Counted from the first letter of the stretch, positions 1-10,294 are shown. The stretch is 64,000 bases of DNA from Patescibacteria group bacterium (GCA_041662585.1 JBAZSG010000001.1:2381-66380); one strand, 5' to 3'. The notes: generated from the letters alone by a model not told the origin. Translations and numbers: made by a program.

Positions 1-1156
1 CTTCAAAACTACAATCAGAACATTCATAAGCCCCTAAAACTTTACGAAAACTGCCAACCTCATGTTCAAAACAGGTACCAAAAGTATTACAAGTGTTCCA
101 ACCTAGCGATCCTACATTTGTACAATCATATTCTTCTATATTCTGTCCTACTGGAATTACACAGCTACTAATATTTTGACAAGTCTCACCCGTATTGCAA
201 TCATCATTATTTATACAACAATCATCTTGACTAAGGGTAAAATCCTCACAGTCCATAGCAGCATTAACATTACCACCTCCATCTTCACACCTACCAGGAT
301 AATAAAAATATTCTAAACAATTGTCACATTTTTTATCAATAGATTTTACAACCGAACAAGTTTGTGACACAAGTACTGGAGGATCTCCAACAAAACGATC
401 TGGACAATCAGTAGCAGCAGTGGCCACGGTACAATCATTGTTGGTGATACTACAACCATAATTATATTGCTCATAACAATTAAAACATCCTTCTATTGGC
501 TTAGCGCTGGTTGGAAAATCAGGATCGGCTGATGCTGATTTTTCAATAGGAAAACCCAATTTCCAAGCTTCATTGTCTGTGTCTGTAAAAGTACAATCAC
601 CGCCATTTTCTACACAAAATATTCCATTAGGAGCACAGCTTAAACCATCTCTATCTACTGTACCAGTACAACGCCAATCTTCTTGATTGAGGATACTAGC
701 AAAAGTATTGGGATTTAAAGCATTGAGATAGTCAGTAGAAGTAGCTACGGAATACAAATTACCACCTCTTTGAATACCAAAAGGATCATCAAAACATACC
801 CAACCCAAAGGACTACCACTAGCACTCAAATTGCTACCAGACCAAGCACAACCAGTAATATTTCCGGTATTGGCTTGTACTTCTAGTCCATAATCTATAC
901 CTAAACATTGACTGTATTCACCTGGTGTATCAAAATCATTATAACAATTTAAACTAAGCCAACCAGCTCCAATAGGATTGGGAGTAGTAGGATCATTGTC
1001 GTGTTGAGGATTCCAAGCCCAGCCACTGATTCTGTATGGATAGGAAGTTATTTGAGCTGTACTAGTGACAGATTTTTGTATCAAAACCAGCGAAATAGCC
1101 AAAACAGCCATGATTATTAGGCGGCTATAAAAATGAAAGTGAAAATCAGATTTCAT
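1..1156 (-). CDS. Secreted Cys-rich protein, partial (N-terminus at 1156, C-terminal part runs off the window start)
   Basis: Reverse-strand reading from ATG (complement of 1154-1156) gives MKSDFHFHFYSRLIIMAVLAISLVLIQ... a signal-like N-terminus followed by a long Cys/Asp/Gly/Asn-rich frame with no stops to position 1. The composition is similar to the Cys-rich C-terminus of the 3640-5136 protein. Confidence 0.55.
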   Translation of the reverse strand, partial: MKSDFHFHFYSRLIIMAVLAISLVLIQKSVTSTAQITSYPYRISGWAWNPQHDNDPTTPNPIGAGWLSLNCYNDFDTPGEYSQCLGIDYGLEVQANTGNITGCAWSGSNLSASGSPLGWVCFDDPFGIQRGGNLYSVATSTDYLNALNPNTFASILNQEDWRCTGTVDRDGLSCAPNGIFCVENGGDCTFTDTDNEAWKLGFPIEKSASADPDFPTSAKPIEGCFNCYEQYNYGCSITNNDCTVATAATDCPDRFVGDPPVLVSQTCSVVKSIDKKCDNCLEYFYYPGRCEDGGGNVNAAMDCEDFTLSQDDCCINNDDCNTGETCQNISSCVIPVGQNIEEYDCTNVGSLGWNTCNTFGTCFEHEVGSFRKVLGAYECSDCSFE

Positions 1157-1236
1157 CTAATATACAATCAATTTAAAATTAATAAAATAAATTATTAGTA
1201 TGTTTATTATACCATAAAATATAATTTACCAACAAG

Positions 1237-1267
1237 AAAACCACCTCCCTAAAAGGAGGTGGTTTTT
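1237..1267. terminator. Rho-independent terminator hairpin (bidirectional A-run/T-run flanks)
   Basis: AAAA-CCACCTCC-CTAAAA-GGAGGTGG-TTTTT immediately after the stop of the 1275-3602 minus-strand gene. Confidence 0.6.
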
Positions 1268-1274
1268 CAAAAAA

Positions 1275-3602
1275 TTATAAAGCTTGAAATGATCGCCAAC
1301 CACCAGTACCACAAATCATTAATCTACTAACTCCATCTTTCCAAAACATTCTGCCAATTTCTGATATTTCATCACAATCAGTAAATGGAGGCTCGGCAGT
1401 ATTATAATCCAACTGAACATAATTATATGTAGCATCATTAGAACTTACTACACCCAAACTATTACTCTTTAAAATTACCTTATTAGCACCATTCCAAAAT
1501 CGAAGCTCATCAGTAGTATCATCTTGATAAATACCCCAATAAGGACTGGCACCACTCTGAATATCTATTTCGGCATTACCACTATTTGATTTGACATGTA
1601 AGGTGCTGTTTGGAGCAGCTGTACCAATACCTACTCTAGGAACACTACCAGTTGGATCAGTTGGAAATACTATAAATGAATTATCTCTAGTAATAGAAAC
1701 CGCTGCATCTGAATAGCCCCAAGCAAAAGTTTTATCAGCAAGAGCTGAGAGTTGCATATTGTGACCACCAGCAAATGAATAATCACCAGCTGCCACATTA
1801 TTTTTACCACCGGCAACCGTAGCATATAGTCCAGAGGCAAGATTAGATCTACCTCCTCCCACTGCTGAATAAGACCCAGAGGCAGTATTTGAATCACCAC
1901 CACCAACAATTGAATATGGCCCAGAGGCTGTATTTAAAGTGCCTCCCAAAACAGCTGAATAAGACCCAGAAGCAGTAGAAGTAGCACCACCACCGATAAC
2001 AGCATATGGACCAATAACCAAATTACTTAAACCACCGCCGATAAAAGCTTCGTTGGCAGTGACATTGGCTTTATTGAGCCAACCACCACCGATAAAAGCT
2101 CTAGTACTAGAGGCAACGTTGGTATCACCACCAGCAACAGTAGAACCATCTCCAGCTGCTTTATTTTTTAAACCACCACCAACAGTAGTCATATTTCCAG
2201 TAGCTTGATTACCACTTTCAGCAGTTACACTACCACCTCCAGATACGGTAGAATAATAACCAGTAGCTATATTACCATTACCACCACCTACTACAGATGC
2301 TAAACCACTAGCCATAGTATCAACACCAAAAGCTACTGAACCGGGGCCAATATTTGCATAACTCCAACGAGTTGCCAAATTGGGCAATGTACCAGCTCTG
2401 ATAGCTCCTGCCTTATCTGGCAACCAAAGAAATCTACTAGTAGTTATACCATTGGGATCAATGCCAGTAACAACAGCACCGGCTGGCAAACTAGTACTAC
2501 TAGTAGCCGATAAAAATGCATTACTTTCTACTCTGGATAAATTCTTACTAGCATCTTCTGTCCAATGACTTACTCCAGTGGCCCCATTAAAACAATTATT
2601 ACCATTAATATCACAAATATTCCCAAAAACATTTATATTCCCATCATCTGTAAAAATTACTCGATTGACTGCGTCTTTCCAAAAGAAAAGATCGTCAGAT
2701 ACAGGCTCATGATAAATTCCCCAATGACCGTTTTGTGTCCAACCAGTTTGAATGTCTAGTTCTGCATTACCAGTATTTGTATTAATGTGCACAAGACCAT
2801 CTGAAGCAGTGTTTGGAGTAGAAGTACCCACACCCACTCTACCATTAGCATCAATTACAAATGGTGTTGGTTCATAATTATTATTAGTTGTCTTAATATA
2901 AACTGTAGGATTGGGACCACCATTAGAAAGCCACAATGAAGCCTTGCCATCTAATACATTTAGATTGGTATCTTGGATTTTCATAGCACCCGATTCACCA
3001 GAATTAATAAGATTAAAAGCAGGATAAGCTAAATTATTAGTTGCAAAAGAAATATCTAATCCTATAAAGTCACTAGCAGCAGAAGTATGAAAAATCTTCA
3101 GTCCAGCATTTTGATCAGTACTTCCCATACTCACCAAACCACCAACTTGCTTTATTATAGAATTTTCTATCTCATTAGTAGTCTCATTAGATGTTGCGTC
3201 TCCATCATTCTTAAATCTTGGTATAAAATATTCTGTTCCACTACCAAGCACACCTCCTGTTACTGTTGGCCAGCCAGATATACAGCCATATTGTGAACCA
3301 GAACCAGATTCATCGCTATTAAGACAAATTTTAGAAAATGTAGCGGTTCCAGGTGCAGTTACATTTATTACATTAGCGCCATTACTATCAATGGTTATAT
3401 TATCGCCTGTAATATCAAAACCATTCAAACTTAAATTTTCTTTTAAGGGATTGACCACAAATCTATTGTTGGCTGTCTGCCCCGGTAAAGCATCTGGTGA
3501 TACCCACTGAGCTGTGGCATATTGCTGTATCAAAGTAATACTCACTATGGATACAATAGCCACCAAAACTGATAAATGCCGATTATTTATTTTTTTGAAC
3601 AT
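1275..3602 (-). CDS. Secreted Gly-rich repeat, fibre/adhesin-like protein (775 aa)
   Basis: N-terminal signal anchor, then a conserved segment QWxSPDALPGQTANNRFVVNPLKENL shared with the 3640-5136 protein. Central tandem repeats of type GGxxNxASGxYSxVxGG (YadA-head-like or tail-fibre-like). Two copies of a module G(V/I)GTxxPNxx...LHxxxxxGNAE(L/I)DIQxGxxxxxWGIYxxxxxDxLxFW. Confidence 0.6.
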   Translation of the reverse strand: MFKKINNRHLSVLVAIVSIVSITLIQQYATAQWVSPDALPGQTANNRFVVNPLKENLSLNGFDITGDNITIDSNGANVINVTAPGTATFSKICLNSDESGSGSQYGCISGWPTVTGGVLGSGTEYFIPRFKNDGDATSNETTNEIENSIIKQVGGLVSMGSTDQNAGLKIFHTSAASDFIGLDISFATNNLAYPAFNLINSGESGAMKIQDTNLNVLDGKASLWLSNGGPNPTVYIKTTNNNYEPTPFVIDANGRVGVGTSTPNTASDGLVHINTNTGNAELDIQTGWTQNGHWGIYHEPVSDDLFFWKDAVNRVIFTDDGNINVFGNICDINGNNCFNGATGVSHWTEDASKNLSRVESNAFLSATSSTSLPAGAVVTGIDPNGITTSRFLWLPDKAGAIRAGTLPNLATRWSYANIGPGSVAFGVDTMASGLASVVGGGNGNIATGYYSTVSGGGSVTAESGNQATGNMTTVGGGLKNKAAGDGSTVAGGDTNVASSTRAFIGGGWLNKANVTANEAFIGGGLSNLVIGPYAVIGGGATSTASGSYSAVLGGTLNTASGPYSIVGGGDSNTASGSYSAVGGGRSNLASGLYATVAGGKNNVAAGDYSFAGGHNMQLSALADKTFAWGYSDAAVSITRDNSFIVFPTDPTGSVPRVGIGTAAPNSTLHVKSNSGNAEIDIQSGASPYWGIYQDDTTDELRFWNGANKVILKSNSLGVVSSNDATYNYVQLDYNTAEPPFTDCDEISEIGRMFWKDGVSRLMICGTGGWRSFQAL

Positions 3603-3639
3603 ACACTTATATTAATTTATTTTATAAATTTTAAAATAT

Positions 3640-5136
3640 TTAAGACCCCCAACCGTTAGCACAAGCAGTTGGCCCTGGAGTAGTACAATTGTCAATGACA
3701 TAATATTCTTCATGAGGCGGCTCTTCAGATATACATCTAAATCTACATTGACATACAGCACTATTTTCTAAACAGGCTGTTTCACAAGCAACTTTTGCGC
3801 GATTAAAGGTGGAATAGGCTGAACAGTTGTACAATCCAGCTTCTGAAATATCATAGCTATATCTAACACTGCCAACTGGATCACATTCTTCTCCATTGGT
3901 TGGTTCTACAATACTGTTACCACAAACATTGGTAGGGGCATAACAGACAATATTGAAATGTCCAGCACCAGAAGTATTGGGGTTTATTCTGTCCGATACA
4001 AGCTCCACAGTGCAAGAATCTCCAGAAGTAGAATTCATAGTAATACTAGGAGTATTTAAAACCAGTCCATCTTCAGCAGTTAAAGTAGAAGCAGTCAATT
4101 CGGTCATAAATCCTTGGTTGGCCAATAAAGTATTGGCTGATATTGAAGAGTTGACTAATAGATTATCAAATCTACCCGTACCCAGCACATCCAATTGAGC
4201 CTGTGGATTGATTGTACCGATACCTACATAGCCATTGTTGGTCAAAGTCAGTTTGTTGCTATCATGCCAAAATCGCAAAGATTGATCATTTATATCTTGA
4301 TAAATGCCCCAATGCTTACTATTCCAACCACTTTGAATATCTAGCTCAGCGTTGGCATATTGCGTTTGGATATGTAAAATACCGTCTGAAGCAGCTGTGG
4401 GATTGGGTGTGCTAGTGCCTAGCCCCATCCTACCTCTAGCAGTAAGTACAAAAGGACTGTCGTCATAATTTTGACCAGTGTCATTGATATAAAGAGAATT
4501 CCCATTGGTACCGTTTCTAATAAAAATAGAACTACGATTGCTAGTAGATGAACCATTGTCACTATCAATGATCCTAATAGCTCCTCCATCACCATCACTG
4601 CTATTGTTTATATTTAAGGCGCTGTAGCTAATATTGGGATTGGCAAAATCAAGACTCAAAGCATTGTAAGGCTGACCAAAGTCTCTAATCCAAAAAGATC
4701 CATCATCCAATTTGTATCTACCAGAAGAAACTTCTTTTATTTTAGAATTACCCAATTCATTGGCACCAATATATTGAGGTATGTAGCCCACATCTCCTGC
4801 TCCGGTCAAACCTCCGGTAACGCTAGGCCAATCTGTCTTGCATGAATATACACCAGTACCATCACCAAAGCACAATTCTCTGTCACCATCTATAATAATA
4901 GCTCTGCTAGCACTAGAACCATCAATGGTAAGATCGGTACCAGTGATACTCTTGATACCCAATTGCAAATTTTCTTTTAAGGGATTGACCACAAATCTAT
5001 TGTTGGCAGTCTCTCCTGGCAAAGCATTTGGGTCTGTCCACTGAGCCATGGCATATTGCTGTATCAAAGCAATGCTCACAACTGAAACAGCTCCAACAAA
5101 AAATAATAAATACCAATTTTTAATTCTAGGATGCAT
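3640..5136 (-). CDS. Secreted fibre/adhesin-like protein, paralog of 1275-3602 (498 aa), with Cys-rich C-terminal domain
   Basis: Same conserved N-terminus (ALIQQYAMAQWTDPNALPGETANNRFVVNPLKENL), same LHIQTQYANAELDIQSGWNSKHWGIYQD...LRFW module, and a C-terminal ~100 aa with about 14 Cys. Confidence 0.6.
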   Translation of the reverse strand: MHPRIKNWYLLFFVGAVSVVSIALIQQYAMAQWTDPNALPGETANNRFVVNPLKENLQLGIKSITGTDLTIDGSSASRAIIIDGDRELCFGDGTGVYSCKTDWPSVTGGLTGAGDVGYIPQYIGANELGNSKIKEVSSGRYKLDDGSFWIRDFGQPYNALSLDFANPNISYSALNINNSSDGDGGAIRIIDSDNGSSTSNRSSIFIRNGTNGNSLYINDTGQNYDDSPFVLTARGRMGLGTSTPNPTAASDGILHIQTQYANAELDIQSGWNSKHWGIYQDINDQSLRFWHDSNKLTLTNNGYVGIGTINPQAQLDVLGTGRFDNLLVNSSISANTLLANQGFMTELTASTLTAEDGLVLNTPSITMNSTSGDSCTVELVSDRINPNTSGAGHFNIVCYAPTNVCGNSIVEPTNGEECDPVGSVRYSYDISEAGLYNCSAYSTFNRAKVACETACLENSAVCQCRFRCISEEPPHEEYYVIDNCTTPGPTACANGWGS

Positions 5137-5241
5137 AATTTATAATTTTAAACTAAATATATTATAACACATTTTATAAAAAATAGTAATACACTATTTA
5201 GTTACCAAAAAATATAAGCCAAATATTCTTATAACAATCTG

Positions 5242-5276
5242 TTGACTAACCCGATACTGCAAGGTAAACTTATAGT
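5242..5276 (+). promoter_or_regulatory. Candidate sigma70-type promoter upstream of lemA
   Basis: TTGACT, 17-nt spacer, TAAACT, with TATAGT just downstream; about 35 nt upstream of the lemA ATG. Confidence 0.3.
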
Positions 5277-5306
5277 ATCAAAATTTAATAATTAAATTTA
5301 AAAACT

Positions 5307-5864
5307 ATGAACAATATTCTTATTGTCATACTAGTAGTAATAGTATTGCTAATTTTATGGCTAATAAACGTCTATAACAGCCTAATAAAACTCAAAAATC
5401 GTGTCAAAGAAGCTTGGTCTGATATAGATGTACAGCTAAAACGTCGCTATGATTTGATTCCAAATCTTATGGAAACTGTCAAAGGCTATATGAAACACGA
5501 AGAAGGTGTGCTAGTAAAAGTCACTGAAGCTAGAACCAGTGCTATGAATGCCAAAGGCATTGAAGAAAAAGGCAAGGCTGAAAATATGCTGTCTGAAACT
5601 CTCAAAAGCTTGTTTGCAGTAGCTGAAAACTATCCAGATTTAAAGGCCAGTCAAAATTTCTTACAATTACAAGATGAAATTTCTGACACCGAAAACAAAA
5701 TTCAAGCATCACGTAGATTTTATAACGGACAAGTTAGAGACTTTAATACCAAGATAGAAGTCTTTCCAAACAACTTAATTGCTGGTATGTTAAAATTTAA
5801 AGCTTGGGATTTCTTTGCTATAGAAAATGACAAAGAAAAAGAAAATGTGCAAGTCAAATTTTAA
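5307..5864 (+). CDS. lemA: LemA family membrane protein
   Basis: N-terminal TM helix followed by [31 protein letters not shown], typical of LemA. Sits upstream of htpX, a common pairing. Confidence 0.85.
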   Translation: MNNILIVILVVIVLLILWLINVYNSLIKLKNRVKEAWSDIDVQLKRRYDLIPNLMETVKGYMKHEEGVLVKVTEARTSAMNAKGIEEKGKAENMLSETLKSLFAVAENYPDLKASQNFLQLQDEISDTENKIQASRRFYNGQVRDFNTKIEVFPNNLIAGMLKFKAWDFFAIENDKEKENVQVKF

Positions 5865-5888
5865 ACTAACCCCTCCTATCCTCCCCTG

Positions 5889-5917
5889 TTAAGGGGAGGA
5901 TTTTTTTATTTAATAGT
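5889..5917 (+). terminator. Rho-independent terminator after lemA
   Basis: TCCTCCCCT-GTTA-AGGGGAGGA hairpin followed by TTTTTTT. Confidence 0.65.
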
Positions 5918-5975
5918 CCCCCCTGTCAAGAAAAATTATTGCCTACCGACAAACAGGTAAGGGGTTAATAATAGA

Positions 5976-6005
5976 TTGACAAATAAGTCACTATATTGTT
6001 ATATT
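5976..6005 (+). promoter_or_regulatory. Candidate sigma70-type promoter upstream of htpX
   Basis: TTGACA, 17-nt spacer, TTATAT/TATATT; about 30 nt upstream of the htpX ATG. Confidence 0.3.
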
Positions 6006-6036
6006 AAGCTTACAAAAACTAATAAAATAAAATTAA

Positions 6037-6909
6037 ATGTACAATCAAATTGATAGTAATAAACGCAAAAGTCTAGCCTTAATGATACTGTTTGTTTTGG
6101 TTATTGTTGCTCTAGTATTTGCTTGGGCGCAATATTCTGAAGCAGGCTACTATATGCTGATTCCAGCTACTTTGTTTGCTACTGGTATGAGCTTGATTAG
6201 CTTTTTTGCTGGAGACAAAATAGCCCTAGCTGCTTCAGGAGCCAAAAAAATAAAAAAAGAAGACAATCCTTACTTGTGGCGTATAGTAGAAAACTTGAGT
6301 ATTACTGCTGGCTTATCAATGCCCAAAATACACATCATAGATGATCAAGCTATGAACGCTTTTGCAACTGGTCGTGATCCAGAGCATGCCTCTATCGCTG
6401 TGACTACTGGCCTACTGGCCAATCTAGAAAACGAAGAACTAGAAGGTGTCATTGCTCACGAACTCTCTCATGTCAAAAACTATGACATCAGACTAATGAT
6501 GGTAGTAATTGTTTGTGTGGGTATCATCACACTTTTAGCTGATTGGATGATGCGTAGCTTTATTTTCCGTGGACGAGGTAGTAATGACAATAATAAAGGA
6601 GGTCCACTAATAATAATTGGCATTGTACTAGCCATACTATCTCCTCTCTTTGCCAAACTAATTCAAATGGCCGTATCTAGAAAAAGAGAATTTTTGGCCG
6701 ATGCCTCTGCCTCTTTACTTACTCGCTATCCAGAAGGGCTAGCTAGAGCCTTGGAAAAAATATCGGCACAAAATATACCCCTTAAAAAAGCCAACAAAGC
6801 TACTGCTCACCTCTATATCTCTAGCCCTTTCAAAGGCCAAAGTATATCCAAATTATTTTCTACTCATCCTCCTGTAGAAGAGAGAATAAAAGCTCTAAGA
6901 ACTATGTAA
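6037..6909 (+). CDS. htpX: Zinc metalloprotease HtpX (peptidase M48)
   Basis: HELSHVKNYD (HExxH) zinc motif between TM segments; overall HtpX-like length and topology. Confidence 0.9.
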   Translation: MYNQIDSNKRKSLALMILFVLVIVALVFAWAQYSEAGYYMLIPATLFATGMSLISFFAGDKIALAASGAKKIKKEDNPYLWRIVENLSITAGLSMPKIHIIDDQAMNAFATGRDPEHASIAVTTGLLANLENEELEGVIAHELSHVKNYDIRLMMVVIVCVGIITLLADWMMRSFIFRGRGSNDNNKGGPLIIIGIVLAILSPLFAKLIQMAVSRKREFLADASASLLTRYPEGLARALEKISAQNIPLKKANKATAHLYISSPFKGQSISKLFSTHPPVEERIKALRTM

Positions 6910-6913
6910 AAAT

Positions 6914-9382
6914 ATGATAAATAATAGTGCTCAAAATATATTAAATAAATTTACTCAGCACTTTAAACAAGTGCTCATTGGTGCTCAAAATATAGCTTTT
7001 AGTAAAAAACGTGAATCTATAGAACCAGAAGATCTGTTGATAGCTTTGATAAAAACCAAAGGTTCTTTGGGGTCTGATATTTTGATAAAACAAAATATAG
7101 ATATTAGTTTTTTACAAACCAGTGATTATACTTCTTATCAAAGTGTAGCTATCAATCCCGAACATTTACCCCAACCATCTTTGGAGACTCAAAAAATAAT
7201 AGAAAAAGCCGTAGTGACTGCCTACAAACACAAACACAAATATATTGGTACCGAGCATTTGTTATGGGGTATTAGTCAAAGTGCTGATGAAAAAACTGCA
7301 CAAATATTACATAAGGCCAAAATAAATTCTCAAAGCCTAAAACAACATCTAAATTTGATCTTAAAAAGCACTTCCAAGTTTGGTGACTTGACCGAAGATG
7401 AAGAACTAAAAGAAATTGAAGATTTGCTAGATGATGAACGTATAGAAAACAACAATCTAGAAAGTTTTACTATCAATCTAACTAGCGATGAAGTACAAAA
7501 AAACATAGACCCAGTAATAGGCCGTAGCAAAGAAATAGACAGATTGATAGAAATATTGTCTCGTCGTACCAAAAATAATCCTGTGCTCCTAGGAGACGCC
7601 GGCGTGGGCAAAACAGCCATCATTGAAGGTCTAGCCAAACGAATTACTGAAAACAAAGTGCCAGATGTACTATTAAACAAAACCATACTTAATCTCGATA
7701 TATCTAGCCTCATAGCTGGTACTATGTATAGAGGTGAATTTGAAAATAGACTAAAACAAGTAATATCAAGCATCAAAAATAGCCCAAATACTATACTGTT
7801 TATTGATGAACTACACACTATCATGGGTGCTGGAGCTACCACTGGATCACTAGATGCGGCCAATATCCTAAAACCAGCTCTTTCCCGTGGACAACTAAGA
7901 TGTATTGGGGCAACTACTTTTGAAGAATACAAAAAACATATTGAAAGTGACAAGGCACTTGAGCGAAGATTTCAAACTATAGTAATAGAAGAATCATCAG
8001 ATGACGAAGCTTATCAAATATTACAAGGTTTAAGAGAAAACTACGAAAAATTTCATAATGTCTCTATAGATGATGGAGCTATTAAAGCAGCTGTAGAACT
8101 CAGTAAAAGATTTTTACCTGACAAAAAATTACCTGACAAAGCTATTGATCTGATAGATGAAGCAGCCGCGCGCTTGAGAGTCCAAAAAACTAGACATGGA
8201 TTACTCAAAAAAATAAAAATCTGGCAAGATGAATTGAACAATCATCAAAACAATAAAAAACAAGCTATTTTGGAAGAAAAATATCTAGAGGCTTTGGAAT
8301 ACAAAGAAAAGGAAGAACAAACTATGGAACAATTGTCACTCTTGCAAGCCAAACAAGATAAAATAAAAAACAAACTTCTAGGAAACATAAGCGAAGAGGA
8401 TATCAAAACAGTGCTCGCCAAAATAACTGGCATTCCCCTAACTTCTATCAGCACTAGCGAAAACAAAAAATTGTTAAACTTAGAAAATAAAATTGCACAA
8501 AGCATTTTTGGCCAAGACAAAGCTCTAACCAATATTGCCCATACCATACGCAAAGCCAAAACTGGCTTAAACAACAAAAATAAACCCCTAGCCTCTTTTA
8601 TGTTTCTAGGACCAAGTGGTGTCGGCAAGACAGAAACTGCCAAACAATTGGCCAAAGAAATTTTTGGTGGAGAAAAAAATATGCTGCGTATTGATATGAG
8701 CGAATTTTCAGAAAAATTCAATATTTCCAAACTGATTGGTTCTCCGGCTGGCTATGTTGGCTACCGAGAAGGTAATAAACTGACTGATTTGGTAAAAAAT
8801 AAACCCTATAGTCTGATATTGTTTGATGAAATAGAAAAAGCGCATCCTGATGTTTTCAATCTGCTATTGCCTGTTTTGGAAGAAGGAGAGCTCACTGATG
8901 CTACTGGCAAAACTGTCAATTTTAGAAATTGTGTGATTGTTATGACTTCCAACGTTGGTTTAAATATCTTCAATCAAGAAGCTATTATGGGTTTTGACAC
9001 ACTAGAAAATAAAACTAGCTTCAATAAAAAAAGCGAAGAAATACTAAGCTCTCTTAACAAATATTTTCCTCCAGAATTTTCCAATCGTTTGGACAATATC
9101 ATAGTATTTGAACCATTGAGCATTGATACAGCCAAAAAAATTATCAAAAAAGAATTGATTACTATTGCTGAGCGTCTCAATGAACAGGCTATAGCTATAG
9201 AAATTGATAATAAAATAATCAAGCATCTTCTAAAACAACCCGATGCTATCAAAGAAGGAGCTCGTAGCCTCAAAAGGCTAGTAGATCAACATATATCCAA
9301 TGTTTTGGCCAATAATATATTAAATAAAAATAGTAAAAAAATAAAAATCTCTCTAGAAAAAAACAAAATAGCTATTAGATAA
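6914..9382 (+). CDS. Clp/Hsp100 family AAA+ chaperone ATPase (ClpC/ClpB-like, two NBDs)
   Basis: Clp_N-like N-terminus. NBD1 Walker A GDAGVGKTA and Walker B ILFIDELH; middle coiled-coil segment; NBD2 Walker A GPSGVGKTETAK and Walker B LILFDEIEKAH. Confidence 0.9.
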   Translation: MINNSAQNILNKFTQHFKQVLIGAQNIAFSKKRESIEPEDLLIALIKTKGSLGSDILIKQNIDISFLQTSDYTSYQSVAINPEHLPQPSLETQKIIEKAVVTAYKHKHKYIGTEHLLWGISQSADEKTAQILHKAKINSQSLKQHLNLILKSTSKFGDLTEDEELKEIEDLLDDERIENNNLESFTINLTSDEVQKNIDPVIGRSKEIDRLIEILSRRTKNNPVLLGDAGVGKTAIIEGLAKRITENKVPDVLLNKTILNLDISSLIAGTMYRGEFENRLKQVISSIKNSPNTILFIDELHTIMGAGATTGSLDAANILKPALSRGQLRCIGATTFEEYKKHIESDKALERRFQTIVIEESSDDEAYQILQGLRENYEKFHNVSIDDGAIKAAVELSKRFLPDKKLPDKAIDLIDEAAARLRVQKTRHGLLKKIKIWQDELNNHQNNKKQAILEEKYLEALEYKEKEEQTMEQLSLLQAKQDKIKNKLLGNISEEDIKTVLAKITGIPLTSISTSENKKLLNLENKIAQSIFGQDKALTNIAHTIRKAKTGLNNKNKPLASFMFLGPSGVGKTETAKQLAKEIFGGEKNMLRIDMSEFSEKFNISKLIGSPAGYVGYREGNKLTDLVKNKPYSLILFDEIEKAHPDVFNLLLPVLEEGELTDATGKTVNFRNCVIVMTSNVGLNIFNQEAIMGFDTLENKTSFNKKSEEILSSLNKYFPPEFSNRLDNIIVFEPLSIDTAKKIIKKELITIAERLNEQAIAIEIDNKIIKHLLKQPDAIKEGARSLKRLVDQHISNVLANNILNKNSKKIKISLEKNKIAIR

Positions 9383-9400
9383 TTTTTTAAACAACTAAAT

Positions 9401-10099
9401 ATGAAGAAAAGCGATGTAAAAACTTTTTTGCTTTACATCAAAAAAGTTTTTAATTTATTTTTAGATTTTGTTTGGCCACAATTTTGCCTAGGTTGCCAAC
9501 GAGAAGGATCTCTGTGCTGTGGTTTTTGTCTAAATGATATAATACTGGATGATATAAAAAATATTAGCTGGCCCGATAATCGACAAAGCTATTTTAAGGC
9601 TTGCTATACTTGCTGTGATTATCAAAATAAATTAGTCCAAAAACTAATTAAAAATTATAAATATAATTATCTAGAAAACTTGGGCAATTTATTAACTGAT
9701 ATATTAGAAAAACAAGCTAGACGCCTAAGTCTAGATAAAAATACCATAATCATAAATATTCCTCTGCACAAAAACAAAAAGAAACAAAGAGGCTTTGATC
9801 AAACAGAAATACTAGCCAAAAAACTAGCCAAGCGTTTATCTCTAAACTACTCTCCTCTGCTAATAAGAACCAAAAATAATAAAGCTCAGGCTCAACTCAA
9901 TAAAACAGCTCGTCAAAAAAACGTAACCGATATTTTTGCTATAAACAAAAAAATATTATCTAGTGTACCAGATAATATCAATATATTGCTCATAGATGAT
10001 GTGACAACTACTGGTTCTACTTTAAATCAAGCTGCCAAAGTACTGACAGAAAATAATTTTACAAATATAATTTGCCTAGTTTTAGCCAAAAATAATTAA
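9401..10099 (+). CDS. comF: ComF family protein (phosphoribosyltransferase-fold competence protein ComFC-like)
   Basis: N-terminal Cys cluster CLGCQREGSLCCGFC and C-terminal PRTase motif LLIDDVTTTGSTL. Confidence 0.8.
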   Translation: MKKSDVKTFLLYIKKVFNLFLDFVWPQFCLGCQREGSLCCGFCLNDIILDDIKNISWPDNRQSYFKACYTCCDYQNKLVQKLIKNYKYNYLENLGNLLTDILEKQARRLSLDKNTIIINIPLHKNKKKQRGFDQTEILAKKLAKRLSLNYSPLLIRTKNNKAQAQLNKTARQKNVTDIFAINKKILSSVPDNINILLIDDVTTTGSTLNQAAKVLTENNFTNIICLVLAKNN

Positions 10100-10117
10100 A
10101 ATAACTTGGACTAATAT

Positions 10118-10294
10118 TTACATTTGAAAAAATTCCAATAATTTGTAAATAAGAAAAGCTGGCCAGACTATAGCTTTTAAAAATCCAATGAGTCCAACGA
10201 CAAAAGAATCGGCGTGCTGAATATAATAAACAACTGCCCCGATAAATCCCAAACCATAAATAGCTCCACCAGCTCCACAAGTATTTTTTGACAT
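10118..10294 (-). CDS. Small conserved membrane protein (58 aa), below the ORF-track length cutoff
   Basis: Reverse-strand ORF MSKNTCGAGGAIYGLGFIGAVVYYIQHADSFVVGLIGFLKAIVWPAFLIYKLLEFFQM. The Gly-rich motif GxGGxIYGLGxIGAxVYYIQH resembles a widespread small-protein family. The overlapping 10059-10280 track ORF is in a different frame and is probably spurious. Confidence 0.5.
   Translation of the reverse strand: MSKNTCGAGGAIYGLGFIGAVVYYIQHADSFVVGLIGFLKAIVWPAFLIYKLLEFFQM

Noticed and set aside
7330-8730. Minus-strand ORFs 7330-7953 (207 aa) and 8245-8730 (161 aa) inside the Clp ATPase gene.
   Set aside because: They are antisense to a strongly supported conserved gene and have Ser/Leu/Phe-rich low-complexity translations typical of reverse-frame artefacts.
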